This document shows, one piece after another, positions 40,001-49,142 of a DNA stretch of 64,000 nucleotides. Each line of letters begins with the position of its first letter. Position 1 is the stretch's first letter. Below the pieces are notes generated by a model that saw nothing but the letters and a program-made list of their open reading frames with translations, was not told the origin of the DNA and did no database searches. The DNA is from Oligoflexales bacterium. Lineage in GTDB: Bacteria > Bdellovibrionota_B > Oligoflexia > Oligoflexales > Bog-1112. Location of the stretch: the NCBI GenBank assembly GCA_045106415.1, contig JBGCEP010000026.1, positions 32,001 to 96,000 of the forward strand. Direction: 5' to 3'. A program made the translations under genes and the position numbers.

Positions 40001-42141
40001 TGAGCTCCAAATGGGTTGCGGTAATGCCCTTTTTGGCCAATGACCTCGAGGTCGGAAACATGTTTTTGTGGAACATTGTTATAGTCAAACCACATTTTTG
40101 CACCTTGTGGTGTAAGATGACCATAGTTTGGATGAACACGCATAGAGACAACACCTTTTGGTCGGATAAAAGGATCGATGTGATAGAAGCTCACAATCTG
40201 ATCCATATAAAGTTTCCAGATAGGAAGAGCAAGTGTTGCTCCATGCATGTTGCCGCCAATTTTAATGTGTTCATCTGTGCCAACCCACACGAGAGTTTGG
40301 ATATTCGCAGATACAGAAGCAAACCAATTGTCTTTTGAGTCGTTGGATGTCCCAGTTTTTCCACCTGCAATCTGAGCGTATTTAGCTGCTTTGCGAGCAG
40401 TCCCTTTTTTTAAGACATCTCTCATGCCTTGCATGGTTAAAAAAGCAACTTTTTCTGATAAAACGCGCTTGCGTTTTGTTGCAGTGTCTTTGATGTTAAA
40501 TAAAATTTGGCCTTGGCGATTTGTTATTTTACGAATGGCGTGTGGCTCAGAGCGAATACCTCCAGTGGAAAAGACACTGTAGACTCGTGCCAGATCAAAC
40601 ATCGTGACTCCAGAACTTCCAAGGGTAGAACCAAACTCATCTTTCAAGGGGGAGCGAATTCCAAGTTTTTTTGCATGTTCTAAAATAGGTCGAATTCCTA
40701 ATTTATGACCAAGCTCAACAGTGGGTGTGTTCATTGATCGATAAAACGCTCTTAATATTGTTGTTTCGGTCATATAATCTCGTTGTGGGGTTCTTGGCCG
40801 GTAATCACCAATTGTGACTGGCGAGACAAACATCATATCGCTCCATTTGTAGCCTTTTTCAAGAGCGAGAGAATATACAACAGCTTTAAATAAAGACCCA
40901 GGTTGTCGAATGGCTTGTGTTGTGCGATTAAAATTTGATTGGGTGTAGTTTCTTCCCCCAACCATCGCTAATATTTCTCCAGTTTTTGGGTTTGTAGAAA
41001 GTAGAGCTCCTTCTACAGTGGGTTTTTTCGGGGTGGGGTGTTTTTTTGAAGCTGGTATCATATGAGATTTTTCTGAAGCCATTTGAAAGACATCTTCAGA
41101 GCGTCTAATTGCACTTTCTGCAGCGTTCTGGAGTTTGCTATTGAGAGTTGTATAAATTCGTAAACCTTGTGTTTGTAGGGCAGAAGACTGATCACCAAGA
41201 ATGTCTTGGACGCGTTTTTTTATATGGTCTACAAAATAGGGAGAGGTTCTTCCATGGCGAGGGAGGTATTTTTGATAATCGAGAGGTTGTCGAGACCACA
41301 TTTGAGATTCTTTACTGCTTAAAAATCCTGCGTGCTCCATGGCTCGTAGTACTTGAAGTTGTCTTTTTTTAGCTTTCCGAGGGTAACGATCAGGGTTGTA
41401 ACGGCTGGGTGATTGAAAAAGTCCAGCGATGAGCGCAAGTTGATGGACTTTAAGGTCTTTAAGGTCTTTGCCAAAATAGCGCTGAGCAGCAGCTCCAGCT
41501 CCATAGGAATGATTTCCTAAAAAGAGTGCGTTGCTATAAATCTCTAATATTTTTGATTTATTAGCGTGTTGTTCAAGCTGAATAGAGAGGAAAAGCTCTT
41601 TAACCTTTCGAATGAGTGTTTTGTCTTGTGAGAGTAAAAGGTTTCTGACAACCTGTTGAGTAAGGGTACTTGCCCCTTGGCGTATACGTCCACCGCCTTT
41701 CACTTGCACCCATATAGCACGAGCAATTCCCCAAATATCAAATCCTGGGTGGTCAAAAAACCTGCGATCTTCAATAGCCAGAACAGCTTGTTTAAATTTT
41801 TTAGGGATTTTTGAGTATGGTGTATAAATTTGATAGCGCGTAAAAAATTCACCGATAACTTGCCCGTTACGATCGAAAACAAGGCTGTTGTCTTGAGGTG
41901 TCCATGAAAGAATAGGATCAACATCTTTTCTTGTGTAATCAAAAACACCAATGGAATTCAACCAAAGATAAAGAGCACAGCCCGCTATAACAGAGCTTGT
42001 GCCTAGGGTTCCAGCAAAAGCCTTCCAAATCCACAGATTCTTTTGATGTGGAGGTGTTTTTTCCTGGCGTTGTCGGTGCCGAGGCAGAGAGGAATATTCA
42101 AGGTATGGATCTTCGTTAAATGGATCCTTATGACCACGCAT
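39997..42141 (-). CDS. Class A penicillin-binding protein (PBP1A family)
   Basis: Transglycosylase EDRRFFDHPG and GASTLTQQ; transpeptidase SLFK, SMN and KTG. Confidence 0.95.
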   Translation of the reverse strand: MRGHKDPFNEDPYLEYSSLPRHRQRQEKTPPHQKNLWIWKAFAGTLGTSSVIAGCALYLWLNSIGVFDYTRKDVDPILSWTPQDNSLVFDRNGQVIGEFFTRYQIYTPYSKIPKKFKQAVLAIEDRRFFDHPGFDIWGIARAIWVQVKGGGRIRQGASTLTQQVVRNLLLSQDKTLIRKVKELFLSIQLEQHANKSKILEIYSNALFLGNHSYGAGAAAQRYFGKDLKDLKVHQLALIAGLFQSPSRYNPDRYPRKAKKRQLQVLRAMEHAGFLSSKESQMWSRQPLDYQKYLPRHGRTSPYFVDHIKKRVQDILGDQSSALQTQGLRIYTTLNSKLQNAAESAIRRSEDVFQMASEKSHMIPASKKHPTPKKPTVEGALLSTNPKTGEILAMVGGRNYTQSNFNRTTQAIRQPGSLFKAVVYSLALEKGYKWSDMMFVSPVTIGDYRPRTPQRDYMTETTILRAFYRSMNTPTVELGHKLGIRPILEHAKKLGIRSPLKDEFGSTLGSSGVTMFDLARVYSVFSTGGIRSEPHAIRKITNRQGQILFNIKDTATKRKRVLSEKVAFLTMQGMRDVLKKGTARKAAKYAQIAGGKTGTSNDSKDNWFASVSANIQTLVWVGTDEHIKIGGNMHGATLALPIWKLYMDQIVSFYHIDPFIRPKGVVSMRVHPNYGHLTPQGAKMWFDYNNVPQKHVSDLEVIGQKGHYRNPFGAH

Positions 42142-42227
42142 AGAGCGGCTTTCTCCTAAAGATGAGTCTCTAGAATATCATCGGTCTGAGAAAGGCTTCG
42201 CTCAAGTCTGCGCTTGCTGCCTACCGG

Positions 42228-43703
42228 TTATGGGATGGTGTTGATCTTAATCATATTTGTCGGATTCATGCTATTGATAGGGATTCCTGCGGTGATAACA
42301 ATCGTATCTCCAGACTGAACGATACCTAAACTTTTTAAGAGGTGAGGCAAATCTTGTAGGAGAACATCTGTATTGTAGAACAGAGGATTTCGCATTCCGT
42401 AGACCCCCCAGATAAGCTCAAGCCGATGAATAACTTCTTCTCGAGGGCTGATTGCAATAATTGGCGTATGAGGGCGCCATCTTGAAATCTGACGCGCGAT
42501 AGAACCTGTTAAGGTTAAGCAAACAATAGCTCGAGCGTTGAGTTCATCAGCTGCTTCACACGTACTGCGGGCGATGGCTTCATGGGTTTCCCATTTGCTG
42601 TCAATTTCGGTATTGCTGTAACGACGTGTACGAGTATGAGCCCAAGACTCCACCTGTTCAATAACCTCAACCATGCGTTTGACACATTCGACAGGGAAAC
42701 GTCCAGCTGCCACTTCTGCAGAAAGCATAATGGCATCAGCGCCTTCAAGAACACCATTTGCAACATCTGCGAGCTCAGCAAGGCTTGCTCGAGGGTTTTC
42801 CACCATAGACTCAAGCATTTGAGTTGCTATGATGACAGGAATGGCTTCTTGAGCAGCCGCGTTGACAATGAGTCTTTGAAAGCTAGGGACTTTTTCAACT
42901 TGACACTCAACGCCGAGATCGCCTCGAGCAACCATAAGACCGTCTGCAACTTTTGCAATTTTATCAATGTCGTTAACTGCGGATATTTTTTCTATCTTCG
43001 CAATAATAGGGGTATCAGCACCGAGAGCTTGGATAATCTTTCGACACACTGTTAAGTCGTCAGGCGACTGTACAAAAGATAATGCAACAACATCCACTCG
43101 TTGAGCTATGCCAAATAAAAGATCTTTTGTATCTTTTTCAGTCAATGCAGGTAAAGAGAGGTGAGAATCTGGAAAGTTGACACCTTTACGACTTTTTAAA
43201 AGTCCACCTTCAAGCACTTTAACTTGGAGGGTTTTTTGTTTGCTGCCTGTAACTTCCAGGATGAGCAAACCGTCGTCCATCATCACACGGTCGCCCACAG
43301 CGACATCTTGAACAATGTCTCTGTAGTCAATAGGAATGGTGTCATCGGTTTGTTCGTGACCAAATTTTAAAGTATGGATTTCATTTTTTTGCAGCACCAT
43401 TTGATCATTACGAAGTTTTCCACAACGAATTTTGGGACCTTGTAAATCCTGTAAAATGGTCACGTGCCGAGCGTGTTTTTTGGACAACATGCGCACTAAT
43501 TCAATATTCTTAGCGTGAGTGGCATGATCACCGTGTGAAAAATTTAGACGAACAATATTTAAGCCCGCTTCTATGAGCTGACTCAGTGTTTCTTCATTGC
43601 TTGATGCAGGGCCAAGAGTCCCAATGATTTTACAGTGCCTAATATGAGAGTCTCGATCTCGAAACGCTCGCATACCTTTGATAATCGGGGTGCCGTCTAA
43701 CAT
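42228..43703 (-). CDS. pyk: Pyruvate kinase
   Basis: KIIGTLGPAS, RLNFSHG, DLQGPKIR, MVARGDLG and ATQMLESM. Confidence 0.97.
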   Translation of the reverse strand: MLDGTPIIKGMRAFRDRDSHIRHCKIIGTLGPASSNEETLSQLIEAGLNIVRLNFSHGDHATHAKNIELVRMLSKKHARHVTILQDLQGPKIRCGKLRNDQMVLQKNEIHTLKFGHEQTDDTIPIDYRDIVQDVAVGDRVMMDDGLLILEVTGSKQKTLQVKVLEGGLLKSRKGVNFPDSHLSLPALTEKDTKDLLFGIAQRVDVVALSFVQSPDDLTVCRKIIQALGADTPIIAKIEKISAVNDIDKIAKVADGLMVARGDLGVECQVEKVPSFQRLIVNAAAQEAIPVIIATQMLESMVENPRASLAELADVANGVLEGADAIMLSAEVAAGRFPVECVKRMVEVIEQVESWAHTRTRRYSNTEIDSKWETHEAIARSTCEAADELNARAIVCLTLTGSIARQISRWRPHTPIIAISPREEVIHRLELIWGVYGMRNPLFYNTDVLLQDLPHLLKSLGIVQSGDTIVITAGIPINSMNPTNMIKINTIP

Positions 43704-43763
43704 AAAGCCTCCATGAACGCCTTTAGAAATTGTTTTGCACTTTGTACTAAGATGTTCAAGAGA

Positions 43764-44675
43764 TCAAGCTCTTGGTTTAAGAAGAAAGCCATCAGATGCA
43801 AAGTATTCCACGTGATTACCTTTACGCATCAATGTCGTTTTCATGCAAGCGCGATTAAAAAGCATAATAGCCCGAGCAGGGCCTTTAGGCGCAGGGTATG
43901 TGTTGAAAGCTGGATAGCGCTTGATCACATCTATGTCTTCTCTTGCTAGAAGCTCTTCTGCTTGCTGTAAACCATGTTTGAAAAGAGACATGAGATGAAT
44001 AGATAGAAAATAAAAACACTCATGAGGAACATTGGTAAATCTTTTTGCAGCTCCTAAAAAAAGCTCGAGTCCGAAAACACTATAGATGGGATCTATAAAA
44101 ACCATCGCATAGTTCTTAATAAATTGTTCTGGTGGGTTGGTAGAAATATCATGACACAGAACCTTGAGACTAAGGTTCTCGCGCTTTGCTTGCTCTTCAA
44201 TATCTCGGCATAGCTCTGGGTCGATATCGACACATGTGATGTCGGTAAATCCTTTGCGAGCCATGGTGAGCCCAACCATATCGTCATCACCTAGAAGAAG
44301 AACTGGTTTATGGAAACCACAGAGCCGTTCCGCTTCTTCACAGCGAGAAAGAGTCGTCTTTTTTGTGCAAGGTTGTTGGGCATGAGTTCTATTTGTAAAA
44401 GGTCTTACCGGTTGTCTGCCGTCTTCAGGTAGGTTTAAGAAAAGGTGCTGAGCAGCTTGCTCATGTACGACATCTACAACCTCACCCCAAGAGAGGTTAA
44501 TAAATTTTCTGATTGAGGGATCTTGTGCGCTCCAAGATAAAAGCATTCTCGCAAGTTTGATATATCGAGGAGGTGTATTGCGAAGCTTTTCAACTTCATA
44601 GCGCTCTTCAGAGCTGAGTTTTGAGGCTGCTCCGAAATAGCAAAGTTCTTCCCAAGACGGTAGGCGCTGATTCAT
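43764..44675 (-). CDS. Branched-chain polyamine synthase BpsA-like (bis-aminopropyl spermidine synthase family) protein
   Basis: Q..T..TT..R, LLGDDD, VDID and FIDP motifs in a SAM-binding fold. Confidence 0.65.
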   Translation of the reverse strand: MNQRLPSWEELCYFGAASKLSSEERYEVEKLRNTPPRYIKLARMLLSWSAQDPSIRKFINLSWGEVVDVVHEQAAQHLFLNLPEDGRQPVRPFTNRTHAQQPCTKKTTLSRCEEAERLCGFHKPVLLLGDDDMVGLTMARKGFTDITCVDIDPELCRDIEEQAKRENLSLKVLCHDISTNPPEQFIKNYAMVFIDPIYSVFGLELFLGAAKRFTNVPHECFYFLSIHLMSLFKHGLQQAEELLAREDIDVIKRYPAFNTYPAPKGPARAIMLFNRACMKTTLMRKGNHVEYFASDGFLLKPRA

Positions 44676-45328
44676 AAGACTCCAGACGGTTGTGAACTTG
44701 CACTCATCATAACAAGGGAGCCTATGGCAATAAAGCTTATCGCAATACCGAGTCTAATTTTCATAAGAGTTTTCTCTGAAAAAGACCCTTCTCCATGCTG
44801 AGCGAGCCTTGCCATAATAGAGAACCAGACCAAATCTCCAAGCACAATCCCTATGAGAAAAAAAATAAGAAGTGAGCCCTGAACCTGAATGTTAAAGAAG
44901 TGAGAAATCGTATTTATCGCAAATAACCAAAACATAACAAACGATGGATTGGAGCCACATAAAAAAGCCCCAGTCGAGAAATCTTTGAGGGGTGTCCCTA
45001 TATGATGGTCTTGCGTGGTCTTTGGTTGTGCTGCTCCTTTTCTGAGACTGATAAGCGAAAAAACCCCTAGCGCGATAAGAAAAAAACCACAAGTGATCTG
45101 AATTTCATAAAGATACGGTGATTTTTGGAAAATTTCTGCATAACCCCAAGCTGCAGCTGTCGCGTATAATAAATCCGTGACGACGACCCCTAAAAGAAAG
45201 GTCAAAATTCGATTTCTTTTTCTCTTTTGAAAAATCATTTCTGCTAACATTAGGTTGATAGGGCCTAAGGGGGCAGATGAGCAAAACCCTCCGCAAAAAC
45301 CAGAGAGTACAGCAATGACAAGGCTCAT
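44672..45328 (-). CDS. LysE-family transporter
   Basis: SAPLGPIN, GVVVTD and NP..VMFW; six TM segments. Confidence 0.85.
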   Translation of the reverse strand: MSLVIAVLSGFCGGFCSSAPLGPINLMLAEMIFQKRKRNRILTFLLGVVVTDLLYATAAAWGYAEIFQKSPYLYEIQITCGFFLIALGVFSLISLRKGAAQPKTTQDHHIGTPLKDFSTGAFLCGSNPSFVMFWLFAINTISHFFNIQVQGSLLIFFLIGIVLGDLVWFSIMARLAQHGEGSFSEKTLMKIRLGIAISFIAIGSLVMMSASSQPSGVL

Positions 45329-45344
45329 AAAATTTTCTCCATAA

Positions 45345-45371
45345 TCAAATCTTGTCCAACTCTTCCGATCT
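45345..45371 (+). promoter_or_regulatory. Sigma-28-like promoter motif upstream of tatA
   Basis: TCAA-N15-TCCGATCT. Confidence 0.4.
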
Positions 45372-45450
45372 TACAGGAAGACAGTGGAACTGAATGCTGG
45401 AACATGATATTCACCAGGATCCACGGTATCGAAAATAAAGGAGAGACGCC

Positions 45451-45666
45451 ATGGGTTTACCTGGTTTGCCTGAACTACTTGTTATTTTTGGAATTGCAGT
45501 TTTATTGTTTGGATCTAAGAAGCTTCCAAGCCTTGGTGGTGCGATTGGTGAAAGCATTAAAAATTTTAAAAAAGGCCTAAGTGAAGCAGAAAATGAAAAA
45601 ATAGCTTCGAATTCAAAGGATTCAAAAAGCACTGATTCTTCGAATGATTCTTCTCATGATGCTTGA
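45451..45666 (+). CDS. tatA: Twin-arginine translocase TatA/E subunit
   Basis: ELLVIFGIAVLLFGSKKLP...GESIKNFKK; AAGGAG RBS. Confidence 0.93.
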   Translation: MGLPGLPELLVIFGIAVLLFGSKKLPSLGGAIGESIKNFKKGLSEAENEKIASNSKDSKSTDSSNDSSHDA

Positions 45667-46507
45667 TGGCCTTTTTGCTCGTAAGCTCCTTATGGTTACG
45701 GGTAAGGGAGGAACAGGCAAAACTTTATTGTCTGCTTCCTTAGGCCAGATAGCTGCGTCATTAGGCAAGAAAGTTCTAGTTGTAGAGTGTCACAGAGATT
45801 CTCAGTTGCGCCCTTTGCTTGGTGGTGAAAATAAGGTTGATGAAGCTGTGCAAGCTGAAAAGAACCTTCACTGGATCAATCTTGTTCCAAAAAATGGGCT
45901 GCAGCATTATGTCGTGGGGCGTCTGAAAAAAGCTGGTACTTGGAATAAATTTTTTAAGCACAGTAAAATCACAGCTTTTTTTGAAGCTATGCCTGGCTTG
46001 ACTGAAGTGATGATTCTTGGGCGTTTGTTTCATGATGTGATGCTTATTGATCAATGGGATTTGGTGATCTTTGATGGTCCTGCTTCAGGACATTATGCAA
46101 GTATGCTTGAGACTCCTGCTGCTATTTTAGGCGCAGGTATCTTAGGCCCTCTTGCTTCAGAGGTGAAACGGGTGAAAGATTTTCTCGAAGATTCTGAGCT
46201 TTGTGAAGGGTTGTATGTGACTTTACCAGAGCCTTTGGTGATTTCTGAATGTGCTGAATTTGTTCCAAAGCTAGAGTTACCAAAAAAACATCATGTGATT
46301 TTAAACCGAAGCCTTTATTCGGATAAAGACTTTGTGAGCGATTCAATACCTGTTCAAGAATGGCTGAATAAACGAGACGAATTAACATCACAAGCTATGA
46401 AGGACCTTGAAGGTTTTGGTTCTTTTTTCCAAATTTTAGATTTAGGTGCGGTGTCTGGGGCTTTAAGTTTAAAAGAGTCAAAGCAGCTGTGGGGATATTG
46501 TGACTAA
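45659..46507 (+). CDS. ArsA/Get3-family ATPase (BagA-like)
   Basis: TGKGGTGKT, PGLTE, DGPASGH and LPEPLVISE. Confidence 0.85.
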   Translation: MLDGLFARKLLMVTGKGGTGKTLLSASLGQIAASLGKKVLVVECHRDSQLRPLLGGENKVDEAVQAEKNLHWINLVPKNGLQHYVVGRLKKAGTWNKFFKHSKITAFFEAMPGLTEVMILGRLFHDVMLIDQWDLVIFDGPASGHYASMLETPAAILGAGILGPLASEVKRVKDFLEDSELCEGLYVTLPEPLVISECAEFVPKLELPKKHHVILNRSLYSDKDFVSDSIPVQEWLNKRDELTSQAMKDLEGFGSFFQILDLGAVSGALSLKESKQLWGYCD

Positions 46508-47534
46508 AAAATCTCGTGTGTTTGTTGTTGTAGGGCCAGGTGGTGTCGGTAAAACGACGTGTTCGATTGCCCTTGCTATGGCGGGTGTACGGAGAGGTTT
46601 AAAAGTAGGTCTTTTATCTGTAGATCCTGCGAAAAGGCTAGCGAAAGCTTTGAAAATACCTTTAGATGCTTCTATGTCAAAAGTCGAGTGTGAAGGAAGT
46701 GGGGAGCTACATGCTGCAATGGTTGATCAACAAGCGATCTTTGATCAATTGGTGCGATCTTATGCTCCTAAAAAAAATCATGAGAAAATTTTTCACCACC
46801 CTTTTTATGTTTCAGCGAGCCAGCAGATTGCAGGTCCATTTGAAGCTATGGCTCTTGTTCAGCTTGCTAAAATGCAGAAATCGTTTGATTGGATTGTGCT
46901 AGATACACCACCTGATGCTCAAGCATTAGAGTTTTTAGAACGCCCTAAGGTGATGGCGAGATTTATGAGAGCTGGTGTGATGAAGTGGATACTGTCATCA
47001 TTTCGGGTTGGAAGTCGCCTGGGTATTCATAGACTTGCTAAGTTTGGAGAACGTTGGTTTCAAGGTGTAGGTGAGGTCGCAGGTGTTAAAGCTTTACTTC
47101 AAGTGGCAGATTTTTTAACTCTGATGCAAGAAGTCGTTGAAGGAGTCGCCGAAGGGAGCGAAGTGGCTGATACTATGTTGAGCGATCCAACAACTCAATA
47201 CGTGGGAGTGATGAGCCCTAAAGATGGCGCATATCGTGTTATGAAAACACTAAGATCATCACTCAAAGAGATCGACCGAGATTTAACATCTATTTTAGTA
47301 AATAGATGTCTTCCAGATAGTTTTCAAGGGAGTCATTCTTTGCCTTCTGATCTTAAGATACGCCTTATGGTTGAAGAAGATTTATTGAGTCGCCTTCATC
47401 TTCCGCATTTGAAACTAGAAGATCAATGGGGTGGTATTGCGGATGTAGAGGCCTTACAGCGACTCGCAGATATTCTACATGACTCACTCGGCGAGATCTG
47501 CCTTCTTACACATGAATTATCGATGTCGACATAA
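46500..47534 (+). CDS. ArsA/Get3-family ATPase (BagB-like)
   Basis: GPGGVGKTT, VDPAKRLA, LDTPP and LVNR. Confidence 0.85.
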   Translation: MTKKSRVFVVVGPGGVGKTTCSIALAMAGVRRGLKVGLLSVDPAKRLAKALKIPLDASMSKVECEGSGELHAAMVDQQAIFDQLVRSYAPKKNHEKIFHHPFYVSASQQIAGPFEAMALVQLAKMQKSFDWIVLDTPPDAQALEFLERPKVMARFMRAGVMKWILSSFRVGSRLGIHRLAKFGERWFQGVGEVAGVKALLQVADFLTLMQEVVEGVAEGSEVADTMLSDPTTQYVGVMSPKDGAYRVMKTLRSSLKEIDRDLTSILVNRCLPDSFQGSHSLPSDLKIRLMVEEDLLSRLHLPHLKLEDQWGGIADVEALQRLADILHDSLGEICLLTHELSMST

Positions 47535-47573
47535 GGGTACAATGACCTTGGAATATTATTGAAGGTCTCAGCT

Positions 47574-48341
47574 ATGAGCTTTGTGGATTATTCAATTCAA
47601 AAAACTGAAGATATAGGGCGATTTGTGTCCTATATTTCTAATATTGGTAAACAAGTTATAAAGCCCCCCTTTCGCTGGCGAGAAATACTACAACAACTTG
47701 AGTTTGTCGGTCATCAGAGTTTAAATATTATTCTTTTGACAGCATTTTTTACAGGAGCTGTCTTCGCGCTTCAGATCGGTGGAATTTTTTCTATCTTTCG
47801 TGCTGAAGGCATGATGGGTGGTGCAACGGGCAAAGCTTTGGCGACAGAGCTTGCGCCTCTTGTGACAGGCTTTCTTATGACTGGTCGTGTGGGTTCAGCT
47901 ATGACATCTGAGCTGGCTACCATGAAGGTGAACGAACAGATCGATGCTATGGAAGCGATGGGTGTTGATCCTATTCATTATTTAGTAGTGCCACGAGTCC
48001 TTGCTTGTCTCTTGATGATCCCTTTTTTGTGCGGTGTCTTTATGTTCCTTGGTGTTGTAGGGGCTTGGGCAACAGGAACCTTGCTTTTTCATGTGGATCA
48101 AGGTGTTTTTATGGAAAAACTTAAAACTCTCGTGCATGTGAGTGATGTTTGGTTGGGACTGCGGAAAAGTGTGTGTTTTGCTGTATTAATTGGTGCGGTT
48201 GCGTGCCGTTTTGGGTTGAATGCCAGTGGTGGTGCAAAAGGGGTTGGGTTGGCAACCACAACCGGTGTTGTAAACACTTTGTTGATGATTTTATGCACAG
48301 ATTTTTTGATTAGTTATATTCAAGTGAGATGGTTCGGATGA
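47574..48341 (+). CDS. mlaE: MlaE lipid ABC permease
   Basis: ELAPLVTG...GRVGSAMTSELATMKVNEQIDAMEAMGVDP...PR. Confidence 0.93.
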   Translation: MSFVDYSIQKTEDIGRFVSYISNIGKQVIKPPFRWREILQQLEFVGHQSLNIILLTAFFTGAVFALQIGGIFSIFRAEGMMGGATGKALATELAPLVTGFLMTGRVGSAMTSELATMKVNEQIDAMEAMGVDPIHYLVVPRVLACLLMIPFLCGVFMFLGVVGAWATGTLLFHVDQGVFMEKLKTLVHVSDVWLGLRKSVCFAVLIGAVACRFGLNASGGAKGVGLATTTGVVNTLLMILCTDFLISYIQVRWFG

Positions 48342-49090
48342 TTCGATTTTCACATGTCAGCAAATCTTTTGGATCCCATCAAGTTCTTGATGATTTAACG
48401 CTGCATGTGCGTAGAGGGAAGATCACTTTTATCGTGGGTAAATCGGGAGAAGGTAAATCGGTGACTATCAAGCATATTATGGGCTTGATGAAGCCTGATG
48501 CTGGTGACATTGCGGTTGATGGCCACAATATTTTAGATTTAGATGGTGCAGAGCTGCGTGAGTATCGAAAGAGTTTTGGAATGCTTTTTCAGCACGCAGC
48601 GTTATTTGACAGTATGACGGTGGGGCAGAATGTGCTTTTTCCTTTGCAGGAACAAACCTTGAAACAACCTCTATCTAAAATGCTGAAACGTGTTGAGGAT
48701 GTTTTAGAGCAGGTGGGTCTTCCGCATATTCAGCATAAATATCCATCTCAATTGTCGACAGGAGAAAAAAAGAGAGTGGGCTTAGCCAGAGCTTTGGTCA
48801 CAAAGCCTCGAGTGCTCCTTTACGATGAGCCGACAACCGGTATGGACCCTCTTGTATGTGAAATGATTGATGATCTTATTGTCCAGCTGAATGAAGATGA
48901 AAAAGATATGACGTCTATTGTGATTTCTCATGACTTGAAAGCTGCGATGGCAACAGCAGAGTATATTGTCATGCTTTATAAGGGGAAGGCAGCGTTAGAA
49001 GGAACGCCAAAAGATTTTAAGGAAACAAAACAGCCTGTTGTACAACAATTTTTTTCTGGTCGTGTGGATGGGCCGATGGAGTTTTTTTGA
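48338..49090 (+). CDS. mlaF: MlaF ABC ATP-binding protein
   Basis: GKSGEGKS, FQHAALFDS, LSTGE and YDEPTTGMDP. Confidence 0.92.
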   Translation: MIRFSHVSKSFGSHQVLDDLTLHVRRGKITFIVGKSGEGKSVTIKHIMGLMKPDAGDIAVDGHNILDLDGAELREYRKSFGMLFQHAALFDSMTVGQNVLFPLQEQTLKQPLSKMLKRVEDVLEQVGLPHIQHKYPSQLSTGEKKRVGLARALVTKPRVLLYDEPTTGMDPLVCEMIDDLIVQLNEDEKDMTSIVISHDLKAAMATAEYIVMLYKGKAALEGTPKDFKETKQPVVQQFFSGRVDGPMEFF

Positions 49091-49142
49091 CAGTTATAGA
49101 TTTTGAAAATTCTTCCGATCCGATACAAAGAGGCAATGCTAT

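Noticed and set aside
45659..47534. Arsenite efflux ArsA
   Set aside because: No arsR/B/C/D nearby. The split two-gene form with unequal Walker A motifs fits the BagAB/Get3-like group better.
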